Positions 18,489 to 27,442 of a stretch of DNA of 64,000 bases are shown one piece after another; positions within the stretch are counted from its first letter, which is position 1; each line of letters starts with the position of its first letter. Below the pieces are notes generated by a model that saw nothing but the letters and a program-made list of their open reading frames with translations, made no database searches and had not been told where the DNA came from. A program made the position numbers and the translations under genes. The DNA is from an uncultured Actinomycetes bacterium (GTDB taxonomy: Bacteria > Actinomycetota > Actinomycetes > Nanopelagicales > Nanopelagicaceae): contig CAIPAI010000043.1 in assembly GCA_903863015.1 (NCBI GenBank), positions 5,634 through 69,633 of the forward strand. The letters are read 5' to 3'.

Positions 18489-19658
18489 ATGGATCCAAAG
18501 AGCGCCTTAGACCTCCTTTCAATCGATCATCTCCTCAGCGACGAAGAGCGCGATATCCGCGACACCGTGCGCAAAGTAGTAGATGACAAAGTCCGCCCTT
18601 ATGTTGCGGACTGGTACGAGAAAGGCGATCTCCCAGCTCGCGAACTCGCAAGGGAATTTGGCAAGCTTGGCTTGCTAGGTATGCATCTTGAGGGTTACGG
18701 CTGCGCCGGCACTTCAGCAACCGCATATGGACTTGCCTGCATGGAATTAGAAGCCGGCGACTCAGGACTGCGATCGCTGGTCAGCGTGCAGGGTTCACTT
18801 GCCATGTTTGCCATCTGGAAGTTTGGTTCAGAAGAACAAAAGCAACAGTGGCTGCCCGGAATGGCAAGCGGCGAATTCATTGGCTGCTTTGGTCTCACCG
18901 AAGCCGACTACGGCTCCAATCCGTCCGGCATGATCACTCATGCAAAGCGCGATGGAAAAGATTGGGTGCTTAACGGTTCGAAGATGTGGATCACTAACGG
19001 TCCCATCGCAGATGTCGCAGTTGTGTGGGCACAGACCGAAGATGGTATTCGTGGTTTTGTTGTTCCCACCAAAACAAAGGGTTTCCAAGCCAACATCATT
19101 CATAAGAAACTCTCGCTCCGTGCTTCGATTACCGGCGAATTAGTCTTCACCGACCTGCGTCTTCCCGAAGATGCAGTGCTTCCTGGTGTTGTCGGGCTTA
19201 AGGGTCCAATGTCTTCGCTAAACGAAGCACGCTTCGGAATCCTCTACGGAACCGTGGGCGCCGCACGTGACTGCCTAGAAGTGGCTACCGATTATGCACT
19301 CTCCCGCATTCAATTCGATCGTCCGATCGCCGCCTTCCAACTCACGCAAGAGAAGTTGGCAAACATGGCACTCGAAGTACAAAAGGGTTTCTTGCTGGCA
19401 ATGCATCTTGGTCGCTTGAAAGATGAAGAGAAATTACATCCCGATCAGATCAGCCTAGGCAAACTCAACAACGTTCGCATGGCTCTCGAAGTGGCTCGCA
19501 TGTCACGCACCATCTTGGCTGCAAACGGCGTCACCCTCGAGTACCCGATCATGCGTCATGCCAACAACTTGGAATCGGTACTTACCTACGAAGGAACGAG
19601 CGAGATTCACCTTCTCACCATCGGACGCGCACTGACTGGCATTCAAGCCTTCAAGTAA
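18489..19658 (+). CDS. gcdH: Glutaryl-CoA dehydrogenase
   Basis: 389-aa ORF with long collinear similarity to GCDH: GYGCAG.S..AYGL, GCFGLTE...GS.PS.M, KMWITN, LGRLKD and YEGT..IH.L..GRA.TGIQAF. Confidence 0.88.
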   Translation: MDPKSALDLLSIDHLLSDEERDIRDTVRKVVDDKVRPYVADWYEKGDLPARELAREFGKLGLLGMHLEGYGCAGTSATAYGLACMELEAGDSGLRSLVSVQGSLAMFAIWKFGSEEQKQQWLPGMASGEFIGCFGLTEADYGSNPSGMITHAKRDGKDWVLNGSKMWITNGPIADVAVVWAQTEDGIRGFVVPTKTKGFQANIIHKKLSLRASITGELVFTDLRLPEDAVLPGVVGLKGPMSSLNEARFGILYGTVGAARDCLEVATDYALSRIQFDRPIAAFQLTQEKLANMALEVQKGFLLAMHLGRLKDEEKLHPDQISLGKLNNVRMALEVARMSRTILAANGVTLEYPIMRHANNLESVLTYEGTSEIHLLTIGRALTGIQAFK

Positions 19659-19747
19659 ACGGGGATATCCCGATCTGACAGCTCTCAACAAGGCGCATAC
19701 CTACCGGTGGCAGGAGAAACCGCGGGGAAATCGGCTAACCTGCTCCC

Positions 19748-21502
19748 ATGAAGAAGAGCGGAAAATTCCTCACCGGCATCGTCGCTGTTATTGCCCTGGT
19801 CGCGGCTGGAAGCGCGCGCGCCGAAGTAGTCGTCCCTGAAGATTTCGGCATGCAACCCATGTACGGAACCGTGGTCAGTGATGGCACGCTCTTCTCGAAC
19901 CAATCCGTTTCCAGCGTCTCGGCACACACTCCGCCTGACCAAACGACCGGCAAAGGCGGTGGTAATTGGGTCTGCAAGAATTTCGATGACCCAAATTGCC
20001 AAACACAATCCTGGATGGACGGAACGATCATCCTCTCCCCATGCAGCAAGACCACGGAACCAGTTTGTATCGACTCACTCTCAATTGGCAGAGATGGCGA
20101 AAAACTCTCTCCCGCTACCTTGGCATTTGAAGCCGTCTCGCAGAAGATTCCTGCAAGTCCTGCATCAGGGGTCCCAGCCGGTGGAAGTGCGAGTCTCTGG
20201 AAGAGTTCAGGAGTACCCAACGCCTTCGGAAGCAATGACTACTTAGTAGTGGTCGCGATGACGTATTCCAAGAATAAAGGTACGGAGAAGGCAACACTGA
20301 ACGGCTTCACTGCAAATGTACTTCCCGCTCAAGTAAGAACTGGTGATACCTACTACGCGGCTGAGAGCTTCACTGAAACCTCGAGCACCGGCATGCCGCA
20401 AGCAGGCGTGGGCTGGCGAGGTGCTCGCGGAATGATCAACCACAGCGAGTGCGAAATGACCACCGATGGATACTGCTTTATTCGTGAAGATTTCTCGGCG
20501 AATACCAAGGTGTCCATCAACTTACATTTGAATAACAGCCTCACCGGCTGGCTCTTTGGACGATTAAAGACTCCAACAATTTCCGTAAGCAAAATTTCTG
20601 ACTCAATCAACCAACTCACCGTTGAGGCCCTGCCCACTGTTGTGCCTAACTTGGTGGGCGCAGTTTTGAAATCTGATCTCTCTAAGAATCCAAAGATTGA
20701 CAACTATCTCAAAGGAAAGGGATACCCGGGCGAAATCGAGAACTACAACCGAATAGTCGGCACTAGTGGGTTTGATGGTTCCCTCGGAAGTGGCATGAAT
20801 AACCTCGAGCGTTTCAGAGTTTTCGAGGAAGTACTGAAGGTCTACTCAGGCAATGATTCGAGATTCCAGAAATTTACTCGCTGGACTTTTGGATCTACCC
20901 AATATGACGCAAGTGGCGCCGGTAGCGCGTGCTTTTCTGATAAAACCAAGTTGGTAGGTATCGTTACAACTAATTCACCGTTTTATGAATCGGGCCCTCC
21001 TAAGTTCAAAGATGATTCGTTAAACTATGTCGTTGCTGGACCGCACTTTGACGTGGATGGCAAGACGCTCTTCTCCGGTGTCTATGACTTGAATATGCGC
21101 TCTGAAGCCGCCCGCTGTCTCTACGGTTTCTCGTCGGCGCCGCTTAAAGCAGTTGTTTCGGTAACGTCTGCAGATGGCTCAACCCAAGATGTGCAGACCG
21201 AAGCTTTAAGTGAGAAGGATGGTTGGCTCCACCTCGGGGCGTACAACTTCCATTTCTCCCAGCCCACCATCCGCATCAAACTTTCACAAGAGAAGACCGT
21301 GGTGCCAACTCCTGCCGCTACGCCTACTTCCACCCCGAACGCTCCTGCGGCCACGACTCCTGCACCCAAGGCAAATGCGCCAGCCGCTCCGGCAATACCA
21401 AATAAAGCAAAGACCATCATTATCACTTGCGTGAAGGGGAAGACGACCAAGAAAGTAGTGGGCACCAACCCCACGTGTCCCGCCGGATATAAGAAGAAGT
21501 AA
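19748..21502 (+). CDS. Secreted protein of unknown function with a PA/PT linker and a C-terminal Cys-pair Lys-rich module
   Basis: 584-aa ORF with signal peptide MKKSGKFLTGIVAVIALVAAGSARA. I recognise no catalytic motif. The C-terminus reads ...PTPAATPTSTPNAPAATTPAPKANAPAAPAIPNKAKTIIITCVKGKTTKKVVGTNPTCPAGYKKK. Confidence 0.75.
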   Translation: MKKSGKFLTGIVAVIALVAAGSARAEVVVPEDFGMQPMYGTVVSDGTLFSNQSVSSVSAHTPPDQTTGKGGGNWVCKNFDDPNCQTQSWMDGTIILSPCSKTTEPVCIDSLSIGRDGEKLSPATLAFEAVSQKIPASPASGVPAGGSASLWKSSGVPNAFGSNDYLVVVAMTYSKNKGTEKATLNGFTANVLPAQVRTGDTYYAAESFTETSSTGMPQAGVGWRGARGMINHSECEMTTDGYCFIREDFSANTKVSINLHLNNSLTGWLFGRLKTPTISVSKISDSINQLTVEALPTVVPNLVGAVLKSDLSKNPKIDNYLKGKGYPGEIENYNRIVGTSGFDGSLGSGMNNLERFRVFEEVLKVYSGNDSRFQKFTRWTFGSTQYDASGAGSACFSDKTKLVGIVTTNSPFYESGPPKFKDDSLNYVVAGPHFDVDGKTLFSGVYDLNMRSEAARCLYGFSSAPLKAVVSVTSADGSTQDVQTEALSEKDGWLHLGAYNFHFSQPTIRIKLSQEKTVVPTPAATPTSTPNAPAATTPAPKANAPAAPAIPNKAKTIIITCVKGKTTKKVVGTNPTCPAGYKKK

Positions 21503-21503
21503 A

Positions 21504-21917
21504 GTGATGAAGCAAGTCCGCTTGATCATGGCTGCGTTGCTTGCTATTGGATTGCTTGCTTGCACTTCACAGACTTCCACGGCAGCCACTGCGACCAGCA
21601 AACTGAAAATCGTTTTCCAAGAATCACCGGACTCGCCAAAAGAGACCTGGACCCTCAACTGCAAACCAAACAGTGGCACTTTCCCTGGCATTGCGATGGC
21701 CTGCAAGAAACTAGCTTCATTGAAGAATCCATTCGCTAAGCCTTCAGCAGATCAAATGTGCACAGAAATCTATGGCGGGGATCAAACCGCGATGATCACC
21801 GGAACCTGGCTGGGAAAGAAAGTAAGCCGTAAATATTCACGAATTAATGGCTGCGAAATTGACGCTTGGGAGAGCATCTATCCCGTACTCCCCCGCGTAC
21901 AGGGTGTTACTCAGTAA
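21504..21917 (+). CDS. SSI-family (Streptomyces subtilisin inhibitor-like) protease-inhibitor lipoprotein
   Basis: 137-aa ORF with lipobox LLAC. Cysteine spacing is C-x13-C and C-x30-C, close to the SSI disulfide pairs. Family motifs include WTLNC.P..G, MCTEIYGG, ITGTW.GKKV and a C-terminal NGC. A GTG/ATG start lies 1-4 nt after the upstream stop. Confidence 0.7.
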   Translation: MMKQVRLIMAALLAIGLLACTSQTSTAATATSKLKIVFQESPDSPKETWTLNCKPNSGTFPGIAMACKKLASLKNPFAKPSADQMCTEIYGGDQTAMITGTWLGKKVSRKYSRINGCEIDAWESIYPVLPRVQGVTQ

Positions 21918-22125
21918 GAAGTCCTCCGTGGATTGTGAGCACCTTCGCATCAAGCGCGCTGATCAATCGAAGATCATGTTCCGAAATAATGACGAGAGCG
22001 CCATCACGCGCCTTTGCGTTGAGTATGGACGCAGTATTCATAGAGAGTACTTCTTGAAAGCCCGGCACGCGCAGCGACCGCAGCGCGTCGTCGCTCGCGA
22101 TGATCTGCAACGTTTGAAGCCTCAA
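21907..22125 (-). pseudogene. C-terminal fragment of an ABC-transporter ATPase (Walker B, D-loop and H-loop region only); probable gene remnant
   Basis: The 72-codon ORF has a TTG start. LQIIASDDALRSL...GALVIISEHDLRLISALDAKVLTIHGG aligns by eye to hhhhDEPtsaLD...tvl.vtHd...a..ladrv..l..G. Walker A, Q-loop and the LSGGQ signature are absent, and no room remains upstream because rlmN ends at 22152. Confidence 0.45.
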
Positions 22126-22151
22126 TCTTTAGCCTAAGGAAATTCGGCCAC

Positions 22152-23285
22152 CTAATCCGCAGGAGCGCCTGTGATCGCGATTTCGCTAGCCGCAAGCTGA
22201 CCGCACGCGCCATCAATGTCGCGACCACGCGTATCTCGCACGGTTACTGCGACTCCATACGCCTCGAGTAGGCGGACGAAGGTATCTTCATCCTCCTGGC
22301 GAGAAGCCGTCCACTTTGACCCGGGGGTGGGGTTGAGTGGAATGAGGTTTACGTGGGCGTTGCGATTCTTCAACAAGCGACCAAGGAGATCTGCGCGCCA
22401 TGCCTGATCGTTGATGTCGCGGATGAGGGCGTACTCGATTGAGTAGCGACGACCGGTCTTATTCGAATAGGCATCGGCGGCTTCAAGAACTTCACTGACT
22501 TTCCAACGAGTATTGATGGGAACGAGTGTGTCGCGCAATTCGTCATCGGGCGCGTGGAGTGAAACGGCCAGAGTGACTGGGATGTCTTCATCGATCAACT
22601 TCATGATCGCAGGAACGAGGCCAACAGTTGAGAGCGTGACCGAACGCGCACCGATCGCTAAACCTTCTGGATGCGGGGAAGTAATGTTGCGAATCGATTG
22701 AATGACCGCGTTGTAATTGGCGAGTGGTTCTCCCATACCCATGAAAACCACATTCGAGAGGCGCATGGTGCCGCCAGGGATCTCGCCACTATCAAGAGCG
22801 CGAGCAGCCATCACGACTTGTTCAGTAATTTCACCTGCGGTGAGGTTACGAGTAAGGCCACTTTGACCGGTGGCGCAGAATGGACAATTCATTCCACACC
22901 CGGCTTGCGATGAAATACAGACCGTTGCGCGGTCGGAGTAACGCATGATGACGCTCTCGACGAGAACACCGTCGTGCATCTTCCAGAGGTCCTTGCGTGT
23001 TCGACCGCGATCGCATTCGAGCGAACGAACCGGAGAGAGAAGTTCTGGAAGGAGGAGGTCCTTCAATGTGCCCCGAAGGTCTACAGGAATATCGCTCCAG
23101 GTATCTGGATTGTTATTCAAATGTTCAAAGTAGTGCAGTGCTACTTGCTTGGCACGAAAACCAGGTAGCCCAAGGTCTTCGGCAAACTTCTTGCGATCCT
23201 TTGCTGGTACATCGCTGATGTGCTGAGGTGCTTTCTTGCCGCGCTTAGGCGCTGCGAAGACCAACTCTCCCGGCTTTAGCGCCAT
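22152..23285 (-). CDS. rlmN: 23S rRNA/tRNA m2A methyltransferase, radical SAM
   Basis: 377-aa ORF with the radical-SAM cluster motif [12 protein letters not shown] and RlmN-like termini. Confidence 0.95.
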   Translation of the reverse strand: MALKPGELVFAAPKRGKKAPQHISDVPAKDRKKFAEDLGLPGFRAKQVALHYFEHLNNNPDTWSDIPVDLRGTLKDLLLPELLSPVRSLECDRGRTRKDLWKMHDGVLVESVIMRYSDRATVCISSQAGCGMNCPFCATGQSGLTRNLTAGEITEQVVMAARALDSGEIPGGTMRLSNVVFMGMGEPLANYNAVIQSIRNITSPHPEGLAIGARSVTLSTVGLVPAIMKLIDEDIPVTLAVSLHAPDDELRDTLVPINTRWKVSEVLEAADAYSNKTGRRYSIEYALIRDINDQAWRADLLGRLLKNRNAHVNLIPLNPTPGSKWTASRQEDEDTFVRLLEAYGVAVTVRDTRGRDIDGACGQLAASEIAITGAPAD

Positions 23286-24106
23286 TAGAGCCCCACAAAA
23301 TGCGAAATAAGTATGTACGCAAAAGGTGCGGTGAGCAGAAGCGAATCGAGACGATCCAAAATGCCGCCATGGCCGGGCAGAAGCGCACCCATATCTTTCA
23401 CGCCTAGATCACGCTTGAGTGCACTCTCGATGAGATCTCCACACGTTGCGGTGATCACCGTGACAACTGCCAAAACCGCACCTTGCCAGAAGGGACGATC
23501 CAGCCAAATCATATAAAGCGTTCCAGCGCCGCCGATGGCAAGCACGAGTGAACCGACTACCCCTTCAAGCGATTTCTTTGGACTGATGGTCGGTGCGATG
23601 CGATGCTTTCCAAAGAGCACGCCCGCTATGAGGCCACCAGTGTCGCTTAATGCAACCGCCGCAATAAATGCCATCACACGAGCGCGACCGTTATCGGGAT
23701 GTGCAAGAAGGATCGCGAAGCCCGCAGGAATAGGCAAGTAGAGCAAAGTAAAGAGCGTTGCTGTCACATCTTGCACAAATGAAGTAACACCAGAACGCAG
23801 TCGGATCACGAGAAGCACCGGAATGGAAATCCCTGCGGCAATCGCTAAACCAGAAAGGCCCCAGAACCAACTCGACATCACAATCGAGACGCTGGCAATC
23901 GCCGAAGTGTATGGATCAATCAAAATGCTCTTGAGGGCAAAAGCTCGCGAGAGTTCCCAGACCGCCGGGATCATCGCTATCGAAACGAGAATCGCAAAGA
24001 ACATGCGGTTCCACGAAAGGGATGCGATCACAAGCCCTAAGAGTGAGAAGCCCACTGTGAGAGCGAGAGGAATGTTGCGCCCGGCCCGGGCATTAATGTC
24101 TGTCAC
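23285..24106 (-). CDS. cdsA: Phosphatidate cytidylyltransferase
   Basis: 273-aa membrane protein carrying the signature [28 protein letters not shown]. Confidence 0.9.
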   Translation of the reverse strand: MTDINARAGRNIPLALTVGFSLLGLVIASLSWNRMFFAILVSIAMIPAVWELSRAFALKSILIDPYTSAIASVSIVMSSWFWGLSGLAIAAGISIPVLLVIRLRSGVTSFVQDVTATLFTLLYLPIPAGFAILLAHPDNGRARVMAFIAAVALSDTGGLIAGVLFGKHRIAPTISPKKSLEGVVGSLVLAIGGAGTLYMIWLDRPFWQGAVLAVVTVITATCGDLIESALKRDLGVKDMGALLPGHGGILDRLDSLLLTAPFAYILISHFVGL

Positions 24107-24108
24107 GA

Positions 24109-24666
24109 TTAAACTTCGAGAAGTTCGCTCTCTTTGTGTTTCAAGAGCTCATCGATCTTGTCAACGTGCGATGCGGTGACTTTGTCGAGCTCCTTTTCAG
24201 CGCGGCCGAGTTCGTCTTCACCAAAGCCACCATCTTTTGCTAACTTATCTAATCCTTCTTTGGCGTGGCGACGAATGTTGCGAAGTGAGACACGAGCCTC
24301 TTCTGCCTTGTGGCGAGCGACCTTGATGTACTCCTTGCGGCGTTCCTCGGTGAGTTGTGGGAAACCGACGCGAATGACTCCGCCATCGTTACCGGGATTA
24401 ACGCCGAGATCGCTTTCACGGATCGCCTTTTCGATGGCGGCCATAGCGCTCTTATCGAATGGGCTAATAAGCGCCATGCGCGCTTCTGGAATTTGAATAG
24501 AAGCCAATTGGTTTAGCGCGGTGAAGGTGCCGTAGTAATCAACCATAATCTTATTGAACATGGCGGGATGCGCACGGCCGGTGCGGATTGAGCCGAAGTC
24601 TTCTTTCGCAACTTCTACGGCTTTGTCCATCTTCGCAAGAGCTTCTGCAAGTGTTGCGTCGATCAT
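24109..24666 (-). CDS. frr: Ribosome recycling factor
   Basis: 185 aa, canonical RRF sequence throughout. Confidence 0.97.
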   Translation of the reverse strand: MIDATLAEALAKMDKAVEVAKEDFGSIRTGRAHPAMFNKIMVDYYGTFTALNQLASIQIPEARMALISPFDKSAMAAIEKAIRESDLGVNPGNDGGVIRVGFPQLTEERRKEYIKVARHKAEEARVSLRNIRRHAKEGLDKLAKDGGFGEDELGRAEKELDKVTASHVDKIDELLKHKESELLEV

Positions 24667-24712
24667 GGCTTCTCCTTCGTTGCGATCAATTAACAGTGGT
24701 CTGAGAATTACC

Positions 24713-25468
24713 TCAGTGAACTAAAGTGCCGATCTTCTCACCGCGAACAGCCTTGGCGATATTTCCATCTTCCATGAGGTTGAACACGATGATGGGAAGG
24801 TGGTTCTCACTACAGAGCGAGAATGCGGCTGCATCGGCGACCCCAAGCCCCTTGGTGATGACCTCGTTGTAAGAAATCGAGTCGTACTTCGTAGCGGAAG
24901 CATCTTTGCGCGGATCGGCAGAATAGACGCCGTCGACGCCGCTCTTAGCAAGAAGGAGCGCTTCGCAACCAATTTCAAGTGCGCGCTGCGCGGCCACAGT
25001 GTCAGTAGAGAAGTAAGGCATGCCTGCTCCTGCACCGAAGATCACCACGCGTCCCTTATCAAGGTGGCGCATAGCGCGACGTGGAATGTAAGGCTCGGCA
25101 ACTTGGCCCATAGTGATCGCGGTTTGTACGCGAGTATCGATCTCTTGTTTCTCAAGGAAGTCTTGGAGGGCGAGGCAGTTCATTACCGTGCCCAGCATGC
25201 CCATGTAATCGGCGCGAGCGCGGTCCATGCCACGTTGTGAAAGTTCAGCCCCGCGGAAGTAATTGCCTCCACCGATAACGATGGCTACTTGAGTTCCGCT
25301 CCGTACCACATCTGCAATTTGCTTGGCGATGTCTTGTACAACATCTGGGTCGACGCCAATACCCTTCTCGCCGCCAAATACTTCACCCGAGAGCTTAAGA
25401 AGCACTCGACGGTACGCGGAGCGAGAAGGGCTCATGGCATCAGGCCTGTCCGACGCGGAATCGCGCAA
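24713..25468 (-). CDS. pyrH: UMP kinase
   Basis: Motifs [11 protein letters not shown] and GGGN.FRG are present. The alternative ATG at 25435 (MSPSRS...) would avoid overlap with tsf. Confidence 0.95.
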   Translation of the reverse strand: MRDSASDRPDAMSPSRSAYRRVLLKLSGEVFGGEKGIGVDPDVVQDIAKQIADVVRSGTQVAIVIGGGNYFRGAELSQRGMDRARADYMGMLGTVMNCLALQDFLEKQEIDTRVQTAITMGQVAEPYIPRRAMRHLDKGRVVIFGAGAGMPYFSTDTVAAQRALEIGCEALLLAKSGVDGVYSADPRKDASATKYDSISYNEVITKGLGVADAAAFSLCSENHLPIIVFNLMEDGNIAKAVRGEKIGTLVH

Positions 25469-26270
25469 AGCCAGTCACCGTAGTGCCAGCTTCTTTCAGG
25501 ACTTGGTCAACACTCTTCTTGTTGTCTTTCGCATATGCTTGCTCGAGAAGTGAAACTTCCTTCACGAAACCGGTGACGCGACCTTCAACAATTTTGGCAA
25601 GTGCAGCTTCTGGCTTGCCTTCATTGCGAGCAGTCTCTTCGGCAATACGACGCTCGTTCTCGACAACATCTGCAGGAACATCTTCGCGCGCAACATATTG
25701 CGGTGAGAATGCTGCGATGTGCTGAGCTACGTCTTTGCCGATTGCATTATCGGTTGAAAGGGCCACCACGACGCCAACTTGCGGAGGCAAGTCTGGGCTT
25801 GTGCGGTGGAGGTACACAGCAGCTGGTGATCCGGCGAAAACAGCCACACGGCTGAGTTCAATCTTCTCACCAAGAGTTGCATTGCCTTCGTCGATATGTG
25901 CAGCCAGTGTCTTGCCGCCACCGAAATCGGAGGCGAGAAGAGCATCGAGATCTGAGATCTTGGTCTTTGCAACATGGCTGAGGATTTCCTCTGCGAGCGC
26001 TTGAAAGCGATCGCCCTTTGCTACGAAGTCCGTCTCGCAGTTGAGTTCGAGAATAACGCCGAGATCGCCTTCGACCTTTGCGGTCACGAGACCGTTAGAT
26101 GCAGAGCGACCTTCGCGCTTTGTTACGCCCTTGAGCCCTTTGACGCGGATGATGTCGACTGCCTTGTCGAAGTCGCCATCGGCTTCTACGAGTGCGTTCT
26201 TGCAATCGAGCATTCCTGCTGCAGTGAGTTCACGCAGCTTTTTTACGTCTGCGGCGGTGTAGTTCGCCAA
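25440..26270 (-). CDS. tsf: Elongation factor Ts
   Basis: 276 aa. N-terminus: [27 protein letters not shown]. Confidence 0.97.
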   Translation of the reverse strand: MANYTAADVKKLRELTAAGMLDCKNALVEADGDFDKAVDIIRVKGLKGVTKREGRSASNGLVTAKVEGDLGVILELNCETDFVAKGDRFQALAEEILSHVAKTKISDLDALLASDFGGGKTLAAHIDEGNATLGEKIELSRVAVFAGSPAAVYLHRTSPDLPPQVGVVVALSTDNAIGKDVAQHIAAFSPQYVAREDVPADVVENERRIAEETARNEGKPEAALAKIVEGRVTGFVKEVSLLEQAYAKDNKKSVDQVLKEAGTTVTGFARFRVGQA

Positions 26271-26299
26271 GATGTATCTCTCCTATCAGAATTTCGGGG

Positions 26300-27112
26300 T
26301 CAGGCTTGTGGGGCGGTTTCAGCGGCAACAGCCTCGGCTGGTGCAACTTCTGCAACAGGAGCGGCGGCATCGAGAATTTCTTGAGCGATTGCTTCGACCG
26401 CTGCTGGCTTGTTGGCCGTAGCAATCTCTGAGCGCTTCTTGAGACCTTCTGCAACTGCATCGGTGATGACGCGAGTCAAGAGTGTGACGGAACGAATAGC
26501 GTCGTCGTTACCTGGAATGCGGTAATCAACTTCGTCTGGATCGCAGTTGGTGTCGAGGATGCCGACGATGGTGATACCAAGCTTGCGAGCTTCCTTGATT
26601 GCAAGGTGCTCTTTCTTGGTGTCTACAACCCAGATGATGCTTGGGACCTTCACCATGTCGCGGATTCCACCGAGCACGCGGTCAAGCTTGACCTTCTCAC
26701 GGTGAAGAACGAGGAGTTCTTTCTTCGTGAGGAGTTGGTCGTTTGATGCTTCGAGAGCTTCGAGTTCCTTGAGGCGAGCAATGCGCTTGCTGACGGTTCC
26801 GAAGTTAGTGAGCATTCCACCCAACCAACGCTCCGTGACGTATGGCATGCCTACGCGACGAGCTTGCTCAACGATGGGCTCTTGCGCCTGCTTCTTGGTT
26901 CCGACATAAAGAATGCTGCCACCGTGGGCAACGGTCTCTTTGACGAACTCATATGCGTTATCGATGAGTGCGAGTGATTGTTGAATATCGATGATGTAAA
27001 TGCCGTTGCGTTCCGTGAAGATGAATCGCTTCATCTTTGGATTCCAACGACGTGTCTGGTGTCCGAAGTGAACACCTGCGTCGAGTAACTCGCGCATCGT
27101 GACGACCGCCAT
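26300..27112 (-). CDS. rpsB: 30S ribosomal protein S2 with an Ala/Pro/Glu-rich C-terminal tail
   Basis: The true start is the ATG at 27112 ([25 protein letters not shown]), preceded by AAGGAG. The ORF-track 387-aa version is an artefactual upstream extension through G+C-rich sequence that lacks stop codons. Confidence 0.95.
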   Translation of the reverse strand: MAVVTMRELLDAGVHFGHQTRRWNPKMKRFIFTERNGIYIIDIQQSLALIDNAYEFVKETVAHGGSILYVGTKKQAQEPIVEQARRVGMPYVTERWLGGMLTNFGTVSKRIARLKELEALEASNDQLLTKKELLVLHREKVKLDRVLGGIRDMVKVPSIIWVVDTKKEHLAIKEARKLGITIVGILDTNCDPDEVDYRIPGNDDAIRSVTLLTRVITDAVAEGLKKRSEIATANKPAAVEAIAQEILDAAAPVAEVAPAEAVAAETAPQA

Positions 27113-27442
27113 GGCCGCACACTCCTTTCGCATCCGGGCAAGCTGCGCCGGACGCACTCGGTTGATGGCAGGTACCGGTTGGTACTTGCCCCTGACATCC
27201 CACGCTTGACCCAAAGGACCGAGTGGAGTGTGGGCTACGTGGGAGCAAGCCCCCGGTAACCCACGGTGTGGGATGTGCGATGTCACCGCTTTCACGGTGC
27301 GGGCTAAGGGTATCGGAGCGGGCAGGCTGGGCGCGAACTCGGGTCGCGGCGCCCCTTCCACAGGAGTGGGCCCTCCCGGGAGAGCGTCCACAGCCACCCT
27401 CGAAGAAGCCCCGCGGGCGGGATTGACGCTCACCCTGGGGCG
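27113..27442 (-). other. Unusually long, G+C-rich untranslated region between the divergent rpsB and M23 genes; candidate structured 5' leader or ncRNA
   Basis: About 330 nt carries no credible ORF, in a genome where most spacers are under 50 nt. Several short GC hairpins are visible, for example CCCACggtGTGGG near 27260-27272, CACCGctttcaCGGTG at 27284-27299, and GTACCggttGGTAC at 27172-27185. Confidence 0.3.

Noticed and set aside
19662-19675. The palindrome CGGGGATATCCCG after gcdH was considered as an intrinsic terminator.
   Set aside because: The stem would be only about 4 bp around an AT loop, and no U-tract follows. That is not convincing.
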